Under the pieces are notes generated by a model. It was not told where the DNA came from and ran no database searches. It worked only from the letters and a program-made list of their open reading frames with translations. Position numbers and translations under genes: made by a program. DNA of 64,000 nt from a virus, in the IMG/VR virus record IMGVR_UViG_3300035670_000055, positions 1 through 64,000 of that record, one strand, 5' to 3'. This document shows, piece after piece, positions 1-9,600 of the stretch. Numbering within the stretch: position 1 is the stretch's first letter; every line of letters starts with the position of its first letter.

Positions 1-1
1 T

Positions 2-223
2 GCTGATGGAACTGTATACGATACTTATTATATTAAATTTAATAATGTAGATAAATCAAGTGATACTTGGGGTGACTATGTAAAACAAGATTCTATGGTA
101 ATTATTGCTGTACCAATAGGTAGTGCTGCTTCTACAGCAATTCAAACTGTTCTTGTTGCTGGATTAGGAGCTGTTACATCTTCTAATGTTGTTCCAACTA
201 CCACTACTACAACAACAGTGTAA
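2..223 (+). CDS. 3' end of a structural gene (likely auxiliary capsid/decoration protein), ends PTTTTTTTV; truncated by window edge
   Basis: Open frame ADGTVYDTYYIKF...VVPTTTTTTTV* to TAA 221-223, followed by a strong terminator. Identity is inferred from its position before crAss-like tail genes. Confidence 0.6.
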   Translation, partial: ADGTVYDTYYIKFNNVDKSSDTWGDYVKQDSMVIIAVPIGSAASTAIQTVLVAGLGAVTSSNVVPTTTTTTTV

Positions 224-247
224 TATTTGAAATATAAACAATAAACC

Positions 248-294
248 TATGTCAGAGGCGAGAGGATAATCTCTATCCTCTGACATATTTTTTT
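248..294 (+). terminator. Rho-independent terminator
   Basis: TATGTCAGAGG (248-258) pairs with CCTCTGACATA (277-287), followed by T7. Confidence 0.85.
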
Positions 295-300
295 AAAATT

Positions 301-846
301 ATGGCAGATTTAAAATTAGATATATTAGTAGTACCAACGTATAATTTAAATTTATTAAATATTACAGATGCTTCTATTTATCCAGACCCACTAACTGTAA
401 CTTCTCCTACAATAGAAATTACTGTACCAGGATTTACACCTATGTCTTTACCTTTCACTATTAAAGAACCAAATATTTTTAATAGTGTAAGTTTAGGACT
501 CTCTGAACCTGGAGAATACCTATCTCTTCCTGATGGAGTGTATAATATAAAATATTCAATTGCTCCTGCACAAGATAACTTTATTACAAGAAATATATTT
601 AGAACAGAAAAACTTCAAGAAAAATTTGATAATGCATTTATGCAACTAGATATGATGGAATGTGATAGAGCAATAAAAGAGCAATCACAAGTAAAATTAA
701 ACACGATAAATATATTTATACAAGGAGCAGTTGCTTCTGCTAATAATTGTGCAAATATAGAAGCAATTAAATTGTATGAGAAAGCAGATAAAATGTTAAC
801 AACATTTATTAAGAAAGATTGTAATTGTACAGGAAATAACTATTAA
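301..846 (+). CDS. crAss-like structural protein (beta-rich N-terminus, Cys-containing helical C-terminus)
   Basis: 181-aa ORF; position in the virion module. Confidence 0.6.
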   Translation: MADLKLDILVVPTYNLNLLNITDASIYPDPLTVTSPTIEITVPGFTPMSLPFTIKEPNIFNSVSLGLSEPGEYLSLPDGVYNIKYSIAPAQDNFITRNIFRTEKLQEKFDNAFMQLDMMECDRAIKEQSQVKLNTINIFIQGAVASANNCANIEAIKLYEKADKMLTTFIKKDCNCTGNNY

Positions 847-856
847 ATTTAAAAAT

Positions 857-961
857 ATGGCAAATTGTTCAAAGTGTGGTGCACAAGTTTCATGTAGTTG
901 TCAACTAACAAACGGAATGTGTAAATATTGCTATAACGCAAGTATTCAACCTAAAAAATAA
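857..961 (+). CDS. 34-aa Cys-rich peptide (not in ORF track)
   Basis: ATG 857, TAA 959-961; MANCSKCGAQVSCSCQLTNGMCKYCYNASIQPKK; fills the gap between neighbouring genes. Confidence 0.7.
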   Translation: MANCSKCGAQVSCSCQLTNGMCKYCYNASIQPKK

Positions 962-964
962 AAA

Positions 965-1231
965 ATGTTATATTCAAAATTATCAGATTGTATATATTGT
1001 AATAATATATCTACATTAATTAATGATATTGATTGTAAAATTGTAGAGGTTAGTAAATCTTTATATAATAATATTATATACATGCTAAATAGAAACGTTG
1101 ACTTAAATAATATTAATAAATTATTAATATATAAAAGAATATTATTATATAAACAATGTAACTATGATTATGCTGGTAATTATACAGTCGAAATGATTGC
1201 AAATAAAATAAAATTATTAATACATAAATAA
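965..1231 (+). CDS. small structural protein, hypothetical
   Basis: 88-aa ORF with CxxC, tightly packed in the operon. Confidence 0.6.
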   Translation: MLYSKLSDCIYCNNISTLINDIDCKIVEVSKSLYNNIIYMLNRNVDLNNINKLLIYKRILLYKQCNYDYAGNYTVEMIANKIKLLIHK

Positions 1232-1232
1232 T

Positions 1233-2321
1233 ATGTCTTGTCAAAATTGTTATAACGGATGTACAGATATTATATCAGATAAATGTACTAAATATACAGG
1301 AAATAATATCCCTGAGCTTGGAATAGAAAATGGAGATTCTCTATTTTCTATTGAACAATCTATCTTTTCTTTTTTAATTTCTGTAATAGGTGGTACACCT
1401 ATAAAACCAGAAATTAATGAAGAATATATTTGTGGAAAAATATCTCAATACTTGGGAGGACAGGAATTAACTCTTCCCAATATAATAAATGTAATATTAC
1501 AAACTGCGTGTGATTTACAAACACAAATAACCACAATAGAAAACAAAGTAGATGGAATAAATACAGAATACACATTAAATTGTATATCTGGAGTAACAGA
1601 TAATACAAATACACATGAAGTATTACAAGCAGTAATCACAAAATTATGTAGTGTAGATACAGCATTAACAGCACTATCGTTAAATGTTAGTACAAATTAT
1701 GTAAAATTATCAGAATTAAACCAATTAATAGGAGAATACCTCTCTGGAGAAGGATCAAGCTCTAAGATGTATAATAAAATGGTTCCTTATAGTGCCGTTG
1801 AATATTATGGAAGTATTGCAGGTAAATTTGACTCTACAGGAGCTGGCTTAGGAGAATGGGAAAAAATTTATTTATGTAATGGAAACAATGGTACTCCTGA
1901 TAAAAGAGGTAGGGTAGCAGTAGGAGCTACTAATGGTATGGGGGGAGTAACTTTAAGTAATGTAGTTGACCCTGCTATTGCTGGTAATCCTGATTACTCT
2001 TTAGGTTCAACACATGGGAGCTGTGTAGTAACATTAGATGTTACGCAAATTCCTTCACATACTCATACTGCAACAGTTACAGTAAATGATCCTGGACATT
2101 CACACTCTTTATTTTTTGAACGCTACCCTACTAGAATAAATAGTAATCCTGGTTATGATGGAGGAAGTAATAATTATTCACAAGATGTAGATAAATCAAC
2201 AACTACTTCAACTACAGGAATTACAGTTAATGTTTCAAATAGCTCTATTGGAGGAGGTTTGGGTCACAATAACGTACAACCTTCTATTGGTTGTTATTAT
2301 ATAATGTATATACCTTCTTAA
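1233..2321 (+). CDS. tail fibre protein with tail-collar domain
   Basis: YLCNGNNGTPDKRGRVAVG collar motif, VTLDVTQIPSHTH and HNNVQPSIGCYYIM tip motifs, coiled-coil middle. Confidence 0.8.
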   Translation: MSCQNCYNGCTDIISDKCTKYTGNNIPELGIENGDSLFSIEQSIFSFLISVIGGTPIKPEINEEYICGKISQYLGGQELTLPNIINVILQTACDLQTQITTIENKVDGINTEYTLNCISGVTDNTNTHEVLQAVITKLCSVDTALTALSLNVSTNYVKLSELNQLIGEYLSGEGSSSKMYNKMVPYSAVEYYGSIAGKFDSTGAGLGEWEKIYLCNGNNGTPDKRGRVAVGATNGMGGVTLSNVVDPAIAGNPDYSLGSTHGSCVVTLDVTQIPSHTHTATVTVNDPGHSHSLFFERYPTRINSNPGYDGGSNNYSQDVDKSTTTSTTGITVNVSNSSIGGGLGHNNVQPSIGCYYIMYIPS

Positions 2322-2322
2322 T

Positions 2323-2556
2323 ATGTATTTAGTAGAAGAATATCCAAAAGGAAACCCTTTTGAAAACTCAAAATGTAAAAATTGTAGTGATCCAAGATTA
2401 GATACCTCATACAGTTATTATGAAGGTCCTAATCTTCCTGGTACAGGTATAAAAACTTGTGATTCTCTTACATTAGTTATACAGAAAATAGATAATGAGA
2501 TATTAAAAATAAAACAAGATCTTTTAGAAATTAAACAACAAATAAACCAATTATGA
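2323..2556 (+). CDS. small fibre-anchor/coiled-coil protein
   Basis: YEGPNLPGTGIKTCDSLTLVIQKID motif shared with the N-termini of ORFs 1233 and 40362. Confidence 0.6.
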   Translation: MYLVEEYPKGNPFENSKCKNCSDPRLDTSYSYYEGPNLPGTGIKTCDSLTLVIQKIDNEILKIKQDLLEIKQQINQL

Positions 2557-3008
2557 CAGTATTAATAACATTAACAACAGTAGGAGCAGATTGCTCATTA
2601 TTTGATATATATTCTAATATAGATGGATTTATTTCTGCATTTGAGACAGATGTTCCAAAATCTAGTTTATCTGCAGGGTTTAGTTCTGCAAATGTACCAG
2701 ATGGCACAACAATCATTAGAGTGAAAGCAAAAGGGGTCTGTACAAATTATATAGATATAACCCTATCTACTTCTACAACAACAACCACTACTACACTTCC
2801 TGCAACAAGTTTCTTTTGCTTTGAAGGTGAATGGAGTGAAGTTGACACAACCCATGATTGTCCTTCATTATGTGGACAGGTTACTTACATAGATGCTTTT
2901 GGAAACACACAAACAGAGACAGGAATAACTTCTGAAATGGGAGTTATATCAATAGAAGCACAATCAATAATTAGCACAATAGGCGTTAATGCTGTAACAT
3001 GTCCTTAA
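2553..3008 (+). CDS. two-domain beta protein with poly-Thr linker (putative virion decoration)
   Basis: ATGA overlap with the previous gene; STSTTTTTTTLP linker. Confidence 0.65.
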   Translation: MTVLITLTTVGADCSLFDIYSNIDGFISAFETDVPKSSLSAGFSSANVPDGTTIIRVKAKGVCTNYIDITLSTSTTTTTTTLPATSFFCFEGEWSEVDTTHDCPSLCGQVTYIDAFGNTQTETGITSEMGVISIEAQSIISTIGVNAVTCP

Positions 3009-3078
3009 TTTTAAATTTTTAAATTATTTTTATACACTTAATTAATATTCTTATTTTGTTGGTTTTATAAGAGTATTT

Positions 3079-3108
3079 TCCCAGAAATTAATTTTTCTGG
3101 GATTTTTT
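3079..3108 (+). terminator. Rho-independent terminator
   Basis: TCCCAGAAA / TTTCTGGGA stem followed by T6. Confidence 0.75.
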
Positions 3109-3175
3109 GTAATTAATTTAATTACTTTATTTACAGTTATTTATTGTATATATAAATTCTTTTTTTGTATCTTTA
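3109..3175 (+). promoter_or_regulatory. palindromic box plus Bacteroidota-type promoter variant
   Basis: GTAATTAA-T-TTAATTAC (3109-3125); TTG (3144) and TATCTTTA (3168-3175), 21 nt apart. Confidence 0.45.
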
Positions 3176-3200
3176 CAATAATTTATTAAATTATACAATT

Positions 3201-4421
3201 ATGTCTGAAAACCATTCTCTATTAGACCAACTTGAAAAATTATTAAGCTGGAAAAAAAGTAAAAAATTCTATGCAGAAAAATTAGGAATTACAGAATATG
3301 AAGTAGAAGAATTGATGAAAGAATTGAAATCAAAGGATGAAGAAGTAGTAGTACAAAACACTGAGACTATATCAGGAACAAAAAAAGTAAATAAAGAAAA
3401 AGGAACGATAGAAAGCACACTAATTTTAGATTTTGAACCAAAAGATGATTTAGAATTAGCAAGACTACATAAGATTGATTTAAACAAATATATTATAACA
3501 AATTATTGGTCTAAACTACTACCTAATGGTAAATTTACTTCTTCTGTATTTAGTAAAAGAAAACAAAATAAAGATTACACGTTACAAGATTTTGAAGAGT
3601 TTTTAAAAAATTATGTTCCTAACTTTACTCTTCCAGAGACACAAAAACATAATCCAATATTAGATACTATAGATGTTGAATTATCAATTGCAGATTTTCA
3701 TTTAGCTAAGAAAACGTTAGAAGGAGAATCAATTCTAGATAAACAAAGACAATTTTTAGATGTAGTAGTAGACTTATTAAATAAGGTTGTAAATAATTAT
3801 AACATAAATACTATTGTATTTCCGATTGGGAATGATTATTTTCATACAGATAATTATCAAAATGGTACAACAAACGGAACACCACAAGATGTACTATCTG
3901 GATATGACAATGAATATGAAAAAGGATTTGATTTATTAGTTGGAGCAATTCAAATATTAAATTTAAACGCTAAAAATATAGAAATAATTTTAGTACAAGG
4001 TAATCACGATAGAACAAAATCATTTTATTTGGCACACGCATTAGAAGTATTTTTTAAAGGGAATAAAAAAATAAAATTTAAAAGAGAACATTCTACAACT
4101 AAGTTTACAGTGTTAGGAAATACATTTATTGGTTATCATCATGGTAATTGTAAAATAGAAGATCTTCCTTTAATATTTGCTACAAATAAAGACTCTAGTG
4201 TGGCTTTTGGAAATGCTTTATATAGACATGTTCATACAGGTGATAAACATCATTATATGGCAAAGGAAGTAAAAGGAGTAAGAATTCAACAGATGCCCAG
4301 CCTATCAGGAACAGATAGATGGCATTTAGATAATAATTATATCAATAATATAAGAGCAGGAATCATCCATTTATTTCATCCTATATATGGAAAGATTGGA
4401 GAATTTGAAAGTCGTATATAA
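3201..4421 (+). CDS. calcineurin-like metallophosphoesterase with N-terminal HTH-like region
   Basis: ADFH, GNDYFH, GNHD, HHG and HTGDKHH motifs; ATG 3201 preferred over TTG 3165. Confidence 0.85.
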   Translation: MSENHSLLDQLEKLLSWKKSKKFYAEKLGITEYEVEELMKELKSKDEEVVVQNTETISGTKKVNKEKGTIESTLILDFEPKDDLELARLHKIDLNKYIITNYWSKLLPNGKFTSSVFSKRKQNKDYTLQDFEEFLKNYVPNFTLPETQKHNPILDTIDVELSIADFHLAKKTLEGESILDKQRQFLDVVVDLLNKVVNNYNINTIVFPIGNDYFHTDNYQNGTTNGTPQDVLSGYDNEYEKGFDLLVGAIQILNLNAKNIEIILVQGNHDRTKSFYLAHALEVFFKGNKKIKFKREHSTTKFTVLGNTFIGYHHGNCKIEDLPLIFATNKDSSVAFGNALYRHVHTGDKHHYMAKEVKGVRIQQMPSLSGTDRWHLDNNYINNIRAGIIHLFHPIYGKIGEFESRI

Positions 4422-4434
4422 ATAGAATTAGAAA

Positions 4435-5160
4435 ATGAGTACATTAAGAAAATTAGTTTCTGATATAAGAGGAACCCATAGAATATTATCAACAGATAGT
4501 ATGATTACAGATAGAGTAATTGCTAGTGAGATAAGAAATGCTTCTTTATTATTAATTAAAAGAGAAACTAATCTTAGAAAACTTTGGGCAACAGATAGTA
4601 TATTTACCACTATTCCTTGTTTAGAAATGGTGGAAGTTCCTATTTCAGAATGTTCTGACTATGTAGATGATTGTACTATTGCAAGAAGTAAATTTAAGAT
4701 TCCTAGAATAGCAGAAGGAAATTATCAATATGTAATACAAGGAGTTTATTCTATAAATGCTTTAGGAGGAAAAGGAAAAAAACTAAAAGAAATTACCGTT
4801 AATAGATATATTAATTTATTATCTCTTCCTGTTATAAAAAATGAAGAATATTTCTGGATTACTAATGATTACTTATATGTTTCTAATCCATTAATAGAAG
4901 CAATTAGAATTGTTGCTTATTTTGAAAAAGAGGTTCCTAATAAAATAATGTTTTCTGATTGTAATTGTGGAGGTTCTCCAGATATAGAAGAATATTGTAA
5001 AAATCCACTAGATAAAGAATTCTCATTACCTGGATATTTAGAAAAACAAGTACTACAATTAACTTCAGAAACATTAGTAAAAACCTATTTCTCAATTAAA
5101 AATGATAACACACAAGATGGTATAGATGGACAAGCTCCTAATTCTGCACCAACAAGATAA
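4435..5160 (+). CDS. tail ring/tubular protein (crAss-like)
   Basis: Size and synteny before the IHF-like, ring and muzzle genes, as in crAss-like tail modules. Confidence 0.6.
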   Translation: MSTLRKLVSDIRGTHRILSTDSMITDRVIASEIRNASLLLIKRETNLRKLWATDSIFTTIPCLEMVEVPISECSDYVDDCTIARSKFKIPRIAEGNYQYVIQGVYSINALGGKGKKLKEITVNRYINLLSLPVIKNEEYFWITNDYLYVSNPLIEAIRIVAYFEKEVPNKIMFSDCNCGGSPDIEEYCKNPLDKEFSLPGYLEKQVLQLTSETLVKTYFSIKNDNTQDGIDGQAPNSAPTR

Positions 5161-5163
5161 AAT

Positions 5164-5643
5164 ATGAGAACAGCAGTAGAATGGCGAAGCTCTAGTAAGA
5201 GCAATTATGAAATTTTTTGTAAAAACTATCCATCTATTAAATTAACTTATGATGAATGGAAAAACATTATATATACATTTTCTGAAAAGTTTAAAGAATA
5301 TATTTTAGAAACAGGAGAGAAAGCAAAATTACCATTAGGTCTTGGAGAATTTTCTATTGTTAAAAAGAAAAGGAAAAAAATAAAAAAAGATAAAGATGGT
5401 AGGGAGTTTATAAATCTTCCTGTAGATTGGAAAAAAACTAGAGAAAGAGGGAAGATAATATATAATTTTAATTATGATACGGAAGGATATTTTTTTGGAT
5501 GGGTGTGGTTCAAAAGATCTACAAGAATAAGGCATTCTATTTTATGGTATTTTAAACCATGTAGAAACACTTCTAGATTGTTAGCACATTATATAAAAAC
5601 TGATCCTAAATACCAACATATTTACAGAGAATGGCAAATCTAA
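5164..5643 (+). CDS. IHF/HU-like DNA-binding protein of crAss-like phages
   Basis: KLPLGLGEFSIVKKK beta-arm, VDWKKT, very basic; conserved position. Confidence 0.75.
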   Translation: MRTAVEWRSSSKSNYEIFCKNYPSIKLTYDEWKNIIYTFSEKFKEYILETGEKAKLPLGLGEFSIVKKKRKKIKKDKDGREFINLPVDWKKTRERGKIIYNFNYDTEGYFFGWVWFKRSTRIRHSILWYFKPCRNTSRLLAHYIKTDPKYQHIYREWQI

Positions 5644-5656
5644 AAAAATAAATATT

Positions 5657-6607
5657 ATGTCTTATTATTATAAATATACATTCACTTCTCCAGAATCAAT
5701 TTATTCTCTTGTAAAAGAAGAATTTAAATCTTATTTTGATACTGGTGCTGTAGATGATTTACTTTTCCCAACCTATTTGGACAAGTGCCTTAAAAAATTG
5801 GGAAGATCTTCATATATTATTTCCGAAGATGTTATTGAAATAGATAATTTTCAAGGAAGGCTTCCTGATAATTTTTATGCTGTAAGAGAAGCATGGATGC
5901 TTACAAATATTAATTCTATTACACATAAAGAAGCTGGTTCTTTTTATTCTCAAACAACAGATTCTAATGTTATACAAGTAAGTCCTGTTACCACTAATCA
6001 GGCATGTACTAATGAAAGTTGTACAGATCCTAATTGTAATGGAGGATGTACACCGTTAGATAAAACAATTGTTTATAAAGTTAATAATTCTACAAACTAT
6101 ACCTTTAGAAAAGAGTATTTATTAAAACCAGGAAATATATCTGCAAGTAGACAGTGCGATGTAAATTATATGGATAACTGGAATGAGTATTCTATAATAA
6201 ATACTCCAGGTTCTTCTACAGTAGATTCTTTCGACATTAGAGATAATAAATTTGTTACTAATTTTAGAAATGGGTTTGTACAAATTGTTTTCTATGCTAC
6301 AGAACATGATGATCTCGGAAATCAATTAATTCCAGATAATTATAGAATTAAGGAATATGTAGAGGCGTTTATTAAATATAAAGTTATTGAGCAATTAACT
6401 AACCAAGTTAATGATGAGACAATAAATCAATTAGAAAGAAAACTTGATAGATATAAAATGATGGCTGATGAAGCCTATATAATGGCTGAATTAGAAATTA
6501 AAAAACAAGATGTATATTCTAAACAAAGAGCTATTGTAAGAAATCTAAATAGACTTAATATGTATAATTTACCTTCTAAATCAAGAAAATCTAATTTTAG
6601 ACGTTAA
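5657..6607 (+). CDS. tail ring/tubular protein
   Basis: GRLPDNFY and LIPDN..IKEYVEAFIKYK motifs; sits directly before the muzzle gene. Confidence 0.65.
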   Translation: MSYYYKYTFTSPESIYSLVKEEFKSYFDTGAVDDLLFPTYLDKCLKKLGRSSYIISEDVIEIDNFQGRLPDNFYAVREAWMLTNINSITHKEAGSFYSQTTDSNVIQVSPVTTNQACTNESCTDPNCNGGCTPLDKTIVYKVNNSTNYTFRKEYLLKPGNISASRQCDVNYMDNWNEYSIINTPGSSTVDSFDIRDNKFVTNFRNGFVQIVFYATEHDDLGNQLIPDNYRIKEYVEAFIKYKVIEQLTNQVNDETINQLERKLDRYKMMADEAYIMAELEIKKQDVYSKQRAIVRNLNRLNMYNLPSKSRKSNFRR

Positions 6608-6616
6608 TGATAAGTT

Positions 6617-9600
6617 ATGGCAGAACAAGATTCACAAAATAATATTACTCTCAATTATAATTTTGCTAATGGTGGATTAAATTTAGATCAAACTCCTAAT
6701 CAAATTCAGAAAGGGGTATTGACTTATGCTCTTAATGCAACTGTAGAGAGTTTTGATTATAATTCAATAAATTATCAAAATGAACAAGGAAATGATTTTT
6801 GTTTAAATTTTCCAGAAGGATATGTTTTAATTGGTAAATATTTTATTTCAGAACAAAACAAGCATGTATTTATGTTGGTAAATCCAGATAGCCAAAATTC
6901 TGAAATAGGCTATATGGAAAGCAACAACTGTAAATACAACACTATAGTAAATGCAAAGTGTTTAAACTTTGATATAAACTATCCTATACATAAAATTGTA
7001 CATAAAATTAGCAAGGAAGGGACAGAAATATATTGGACAGATAGTAAGAATTCTAGAAGATATTTAAATATTGATGCTTTTCCTAAAAAAATAAAAGAAG
7101 GTTCTTCTCTATGTAACCCAGAGTATACAGAAGAGTTAGATTGTAATAAGATAAAAGTACAACCAGATTTTAAAATTCCCACCTTAGAAATAAAAGAAAT
7201 AATAGGTGGAGGAAATATTATATCAGGAACATATCAGTTTGCTATACAATATTGCGATAGTATAGGAAGTCCATATACATCATATTATTCTATTACTAAT
7301 CCTACACCTATAGCTGATCCTACAATCACTACACAAAATTTTAACTATTCTGTAGGTAAATCAATTGTTGTAGAAGTAGATAATTTAGATACTTCTGGAC
7401 AAGCACAATATTTTAATTTAGCTGTAATAAAAACAATTAATGCTATCTCTTCTGTAGAATTAGTAGGAACATACTATATAGATAATATAAATAAAAAAAT
7501 TACATACACAGGACAACAAGTAGATAATATAAGATTAACTATAAATGATATTTTTGAGAAGTTTCCTCTTTATGATGTTGCTGATGATGTGACTGCTGCT
7601 CAAGATGTTTTAATTTGGAAAGGACTTACTTCTATAGACAGAATGAATTATCAATCTATAGCTAATAAAATTAAATTACAATGGGAGTCTTGGAGGATTC
7701 CTGCTACAGAAAATTATTCTGATGAATATAATGCTACAAATTTAAGAGGGTATTTACGAGATGAAGTATATCCTTTTGAAATAACTTTTTTATTAAAAAA
7801 TGGAAAACAAACCGATTCTTTTCACATACCAGGAAGAAAACTAACTCCTTCTGAAGAACTTCTTCCTAGTATAAATATAGACAATGAGGATAGCATAATC
7901 AATACATCCTCTAGCCCTTATTGGGAAACATACAATACAGCAACCATCATTAGTACCCATCCTAACTATCAACCAACAGAAGATTATAAAGGTCCCTATC
8001 AGTATGGAGAATTTGCATATTGGGAATCTTCAGAAACTTATCCTTGTAATTCTGAAGTTTGGGGAGATTTAGCAGGGAAACCCATAAGACATCATAAATT
8101 TCCAGATGTAAATATTAGTCCTATATTTGAATCTAAAACATTCATAGTTTCATCATCTATTCAAATGGGAAATTGCGCTGTATTTCCAATTGGTGTAAAA
8201 ATAGATAATTCTCAAATTGAAACATTAATAAATACTAGCAATCTTACTACTGAACAGAAAGCAGATATAGTTGGCTGGAAAATAGTAAGAGGAGATAGAG
8301 GAACAAACAAATCTATTGTAGCAAAAGGCATTTTAAGAAACGTAAACTCTTATGAAAGAGCAGGACAAACATATTTATATCCAAACTATCCATACAACGA
8401 TTTATCAGAAGATCCATTTTTAAACAGTAATAATAATGCATTTTCTGATATATGCGAAGAATTTAATATTAATGTAACACAATTAGATAATGAAGGAAAA
8501 GCAATCATCCGATATAATGATTGTAATACAAATAAAGAAACAACAACAACCTTAACATCTTTAGGTGATGTTAAATTTTGTTCTATTGGAAAACCAACAA
8601 TAGATTCTCCTGCAAAAGCAGAAATTGGAACAACTAGTTATGAGGTATGGAGAGTTTCTGTTGGAGACCAAGGATGTGCTGTTGGATGGGTAGATCCTAT
8701 AAATGGATATACAAGAGAGTGGCTAACAGGAGTGTGGCTTGGTTCTGGAGAAAGTAAAGTTATACACGTAGTAATTGGTTCTGGAGAACCTGATAGAGTT
8801 GATGGTAGAGGTAGATTATATAAAGAAAAATTAGAAACTGTTTATGGAAGTGGAAATTGTTCTATTAGTGCTTCTCAAGGAACTTCTAATATTGAACAAC
8901 TTTCTCATAGACAAGTATTTAATTCTCCAGAAACTTCTTTTGGACAACCATTTTTAGGAAATGTATTAAAACTTGAAAGTGTAATTTTTGGAGGAGGAAA
9001 GGCACATTTTGTAGAGGTAAAAAATAATGCAAAATATAAATTATTAACACAAGAAATTCAAATTGATGCTTTATTAAGTGCTAATGAATTAGGACATATT
9101 ACAAATCCTTTTGATGCTTCTGCATTCTTTGCTGCATATCAAGGTTATATAGAAATTTATTTACGTTCTATTAGTAGAAAGAATTTTGCATATTCTTATA
9201 ACTCAATTGCGGAATACAATTATTCAAAACCTATTCCTAATGGTGTAGGAGTAAAACAAAGATTACTTGATATAAAAAGATATATAATTCCTGGTGTACA
9301 ATCTATTGGGGATGATTATAACATCAATAATTACCAAAGGGAAACATCTGTATTTTTAAAAACAGATGTTACAAAAGATCCTTTACCATTACCAAATAAA
9401 ACAAACTCAATAATAAATGCTGTAACAGGAAAAAGTATTATTGAAGATAAATCTAGACATACAATTTCTGAGTTAGGCATTTGTTCTACTCCAGATATAG
9501 AAAAAGATATTACAACTCTTTCCTACTATGCATCAATTAAAAATATTTATTCAGGACAGTGGGGACAAATGTACTCATATGATACTATTGATACTGGCTA

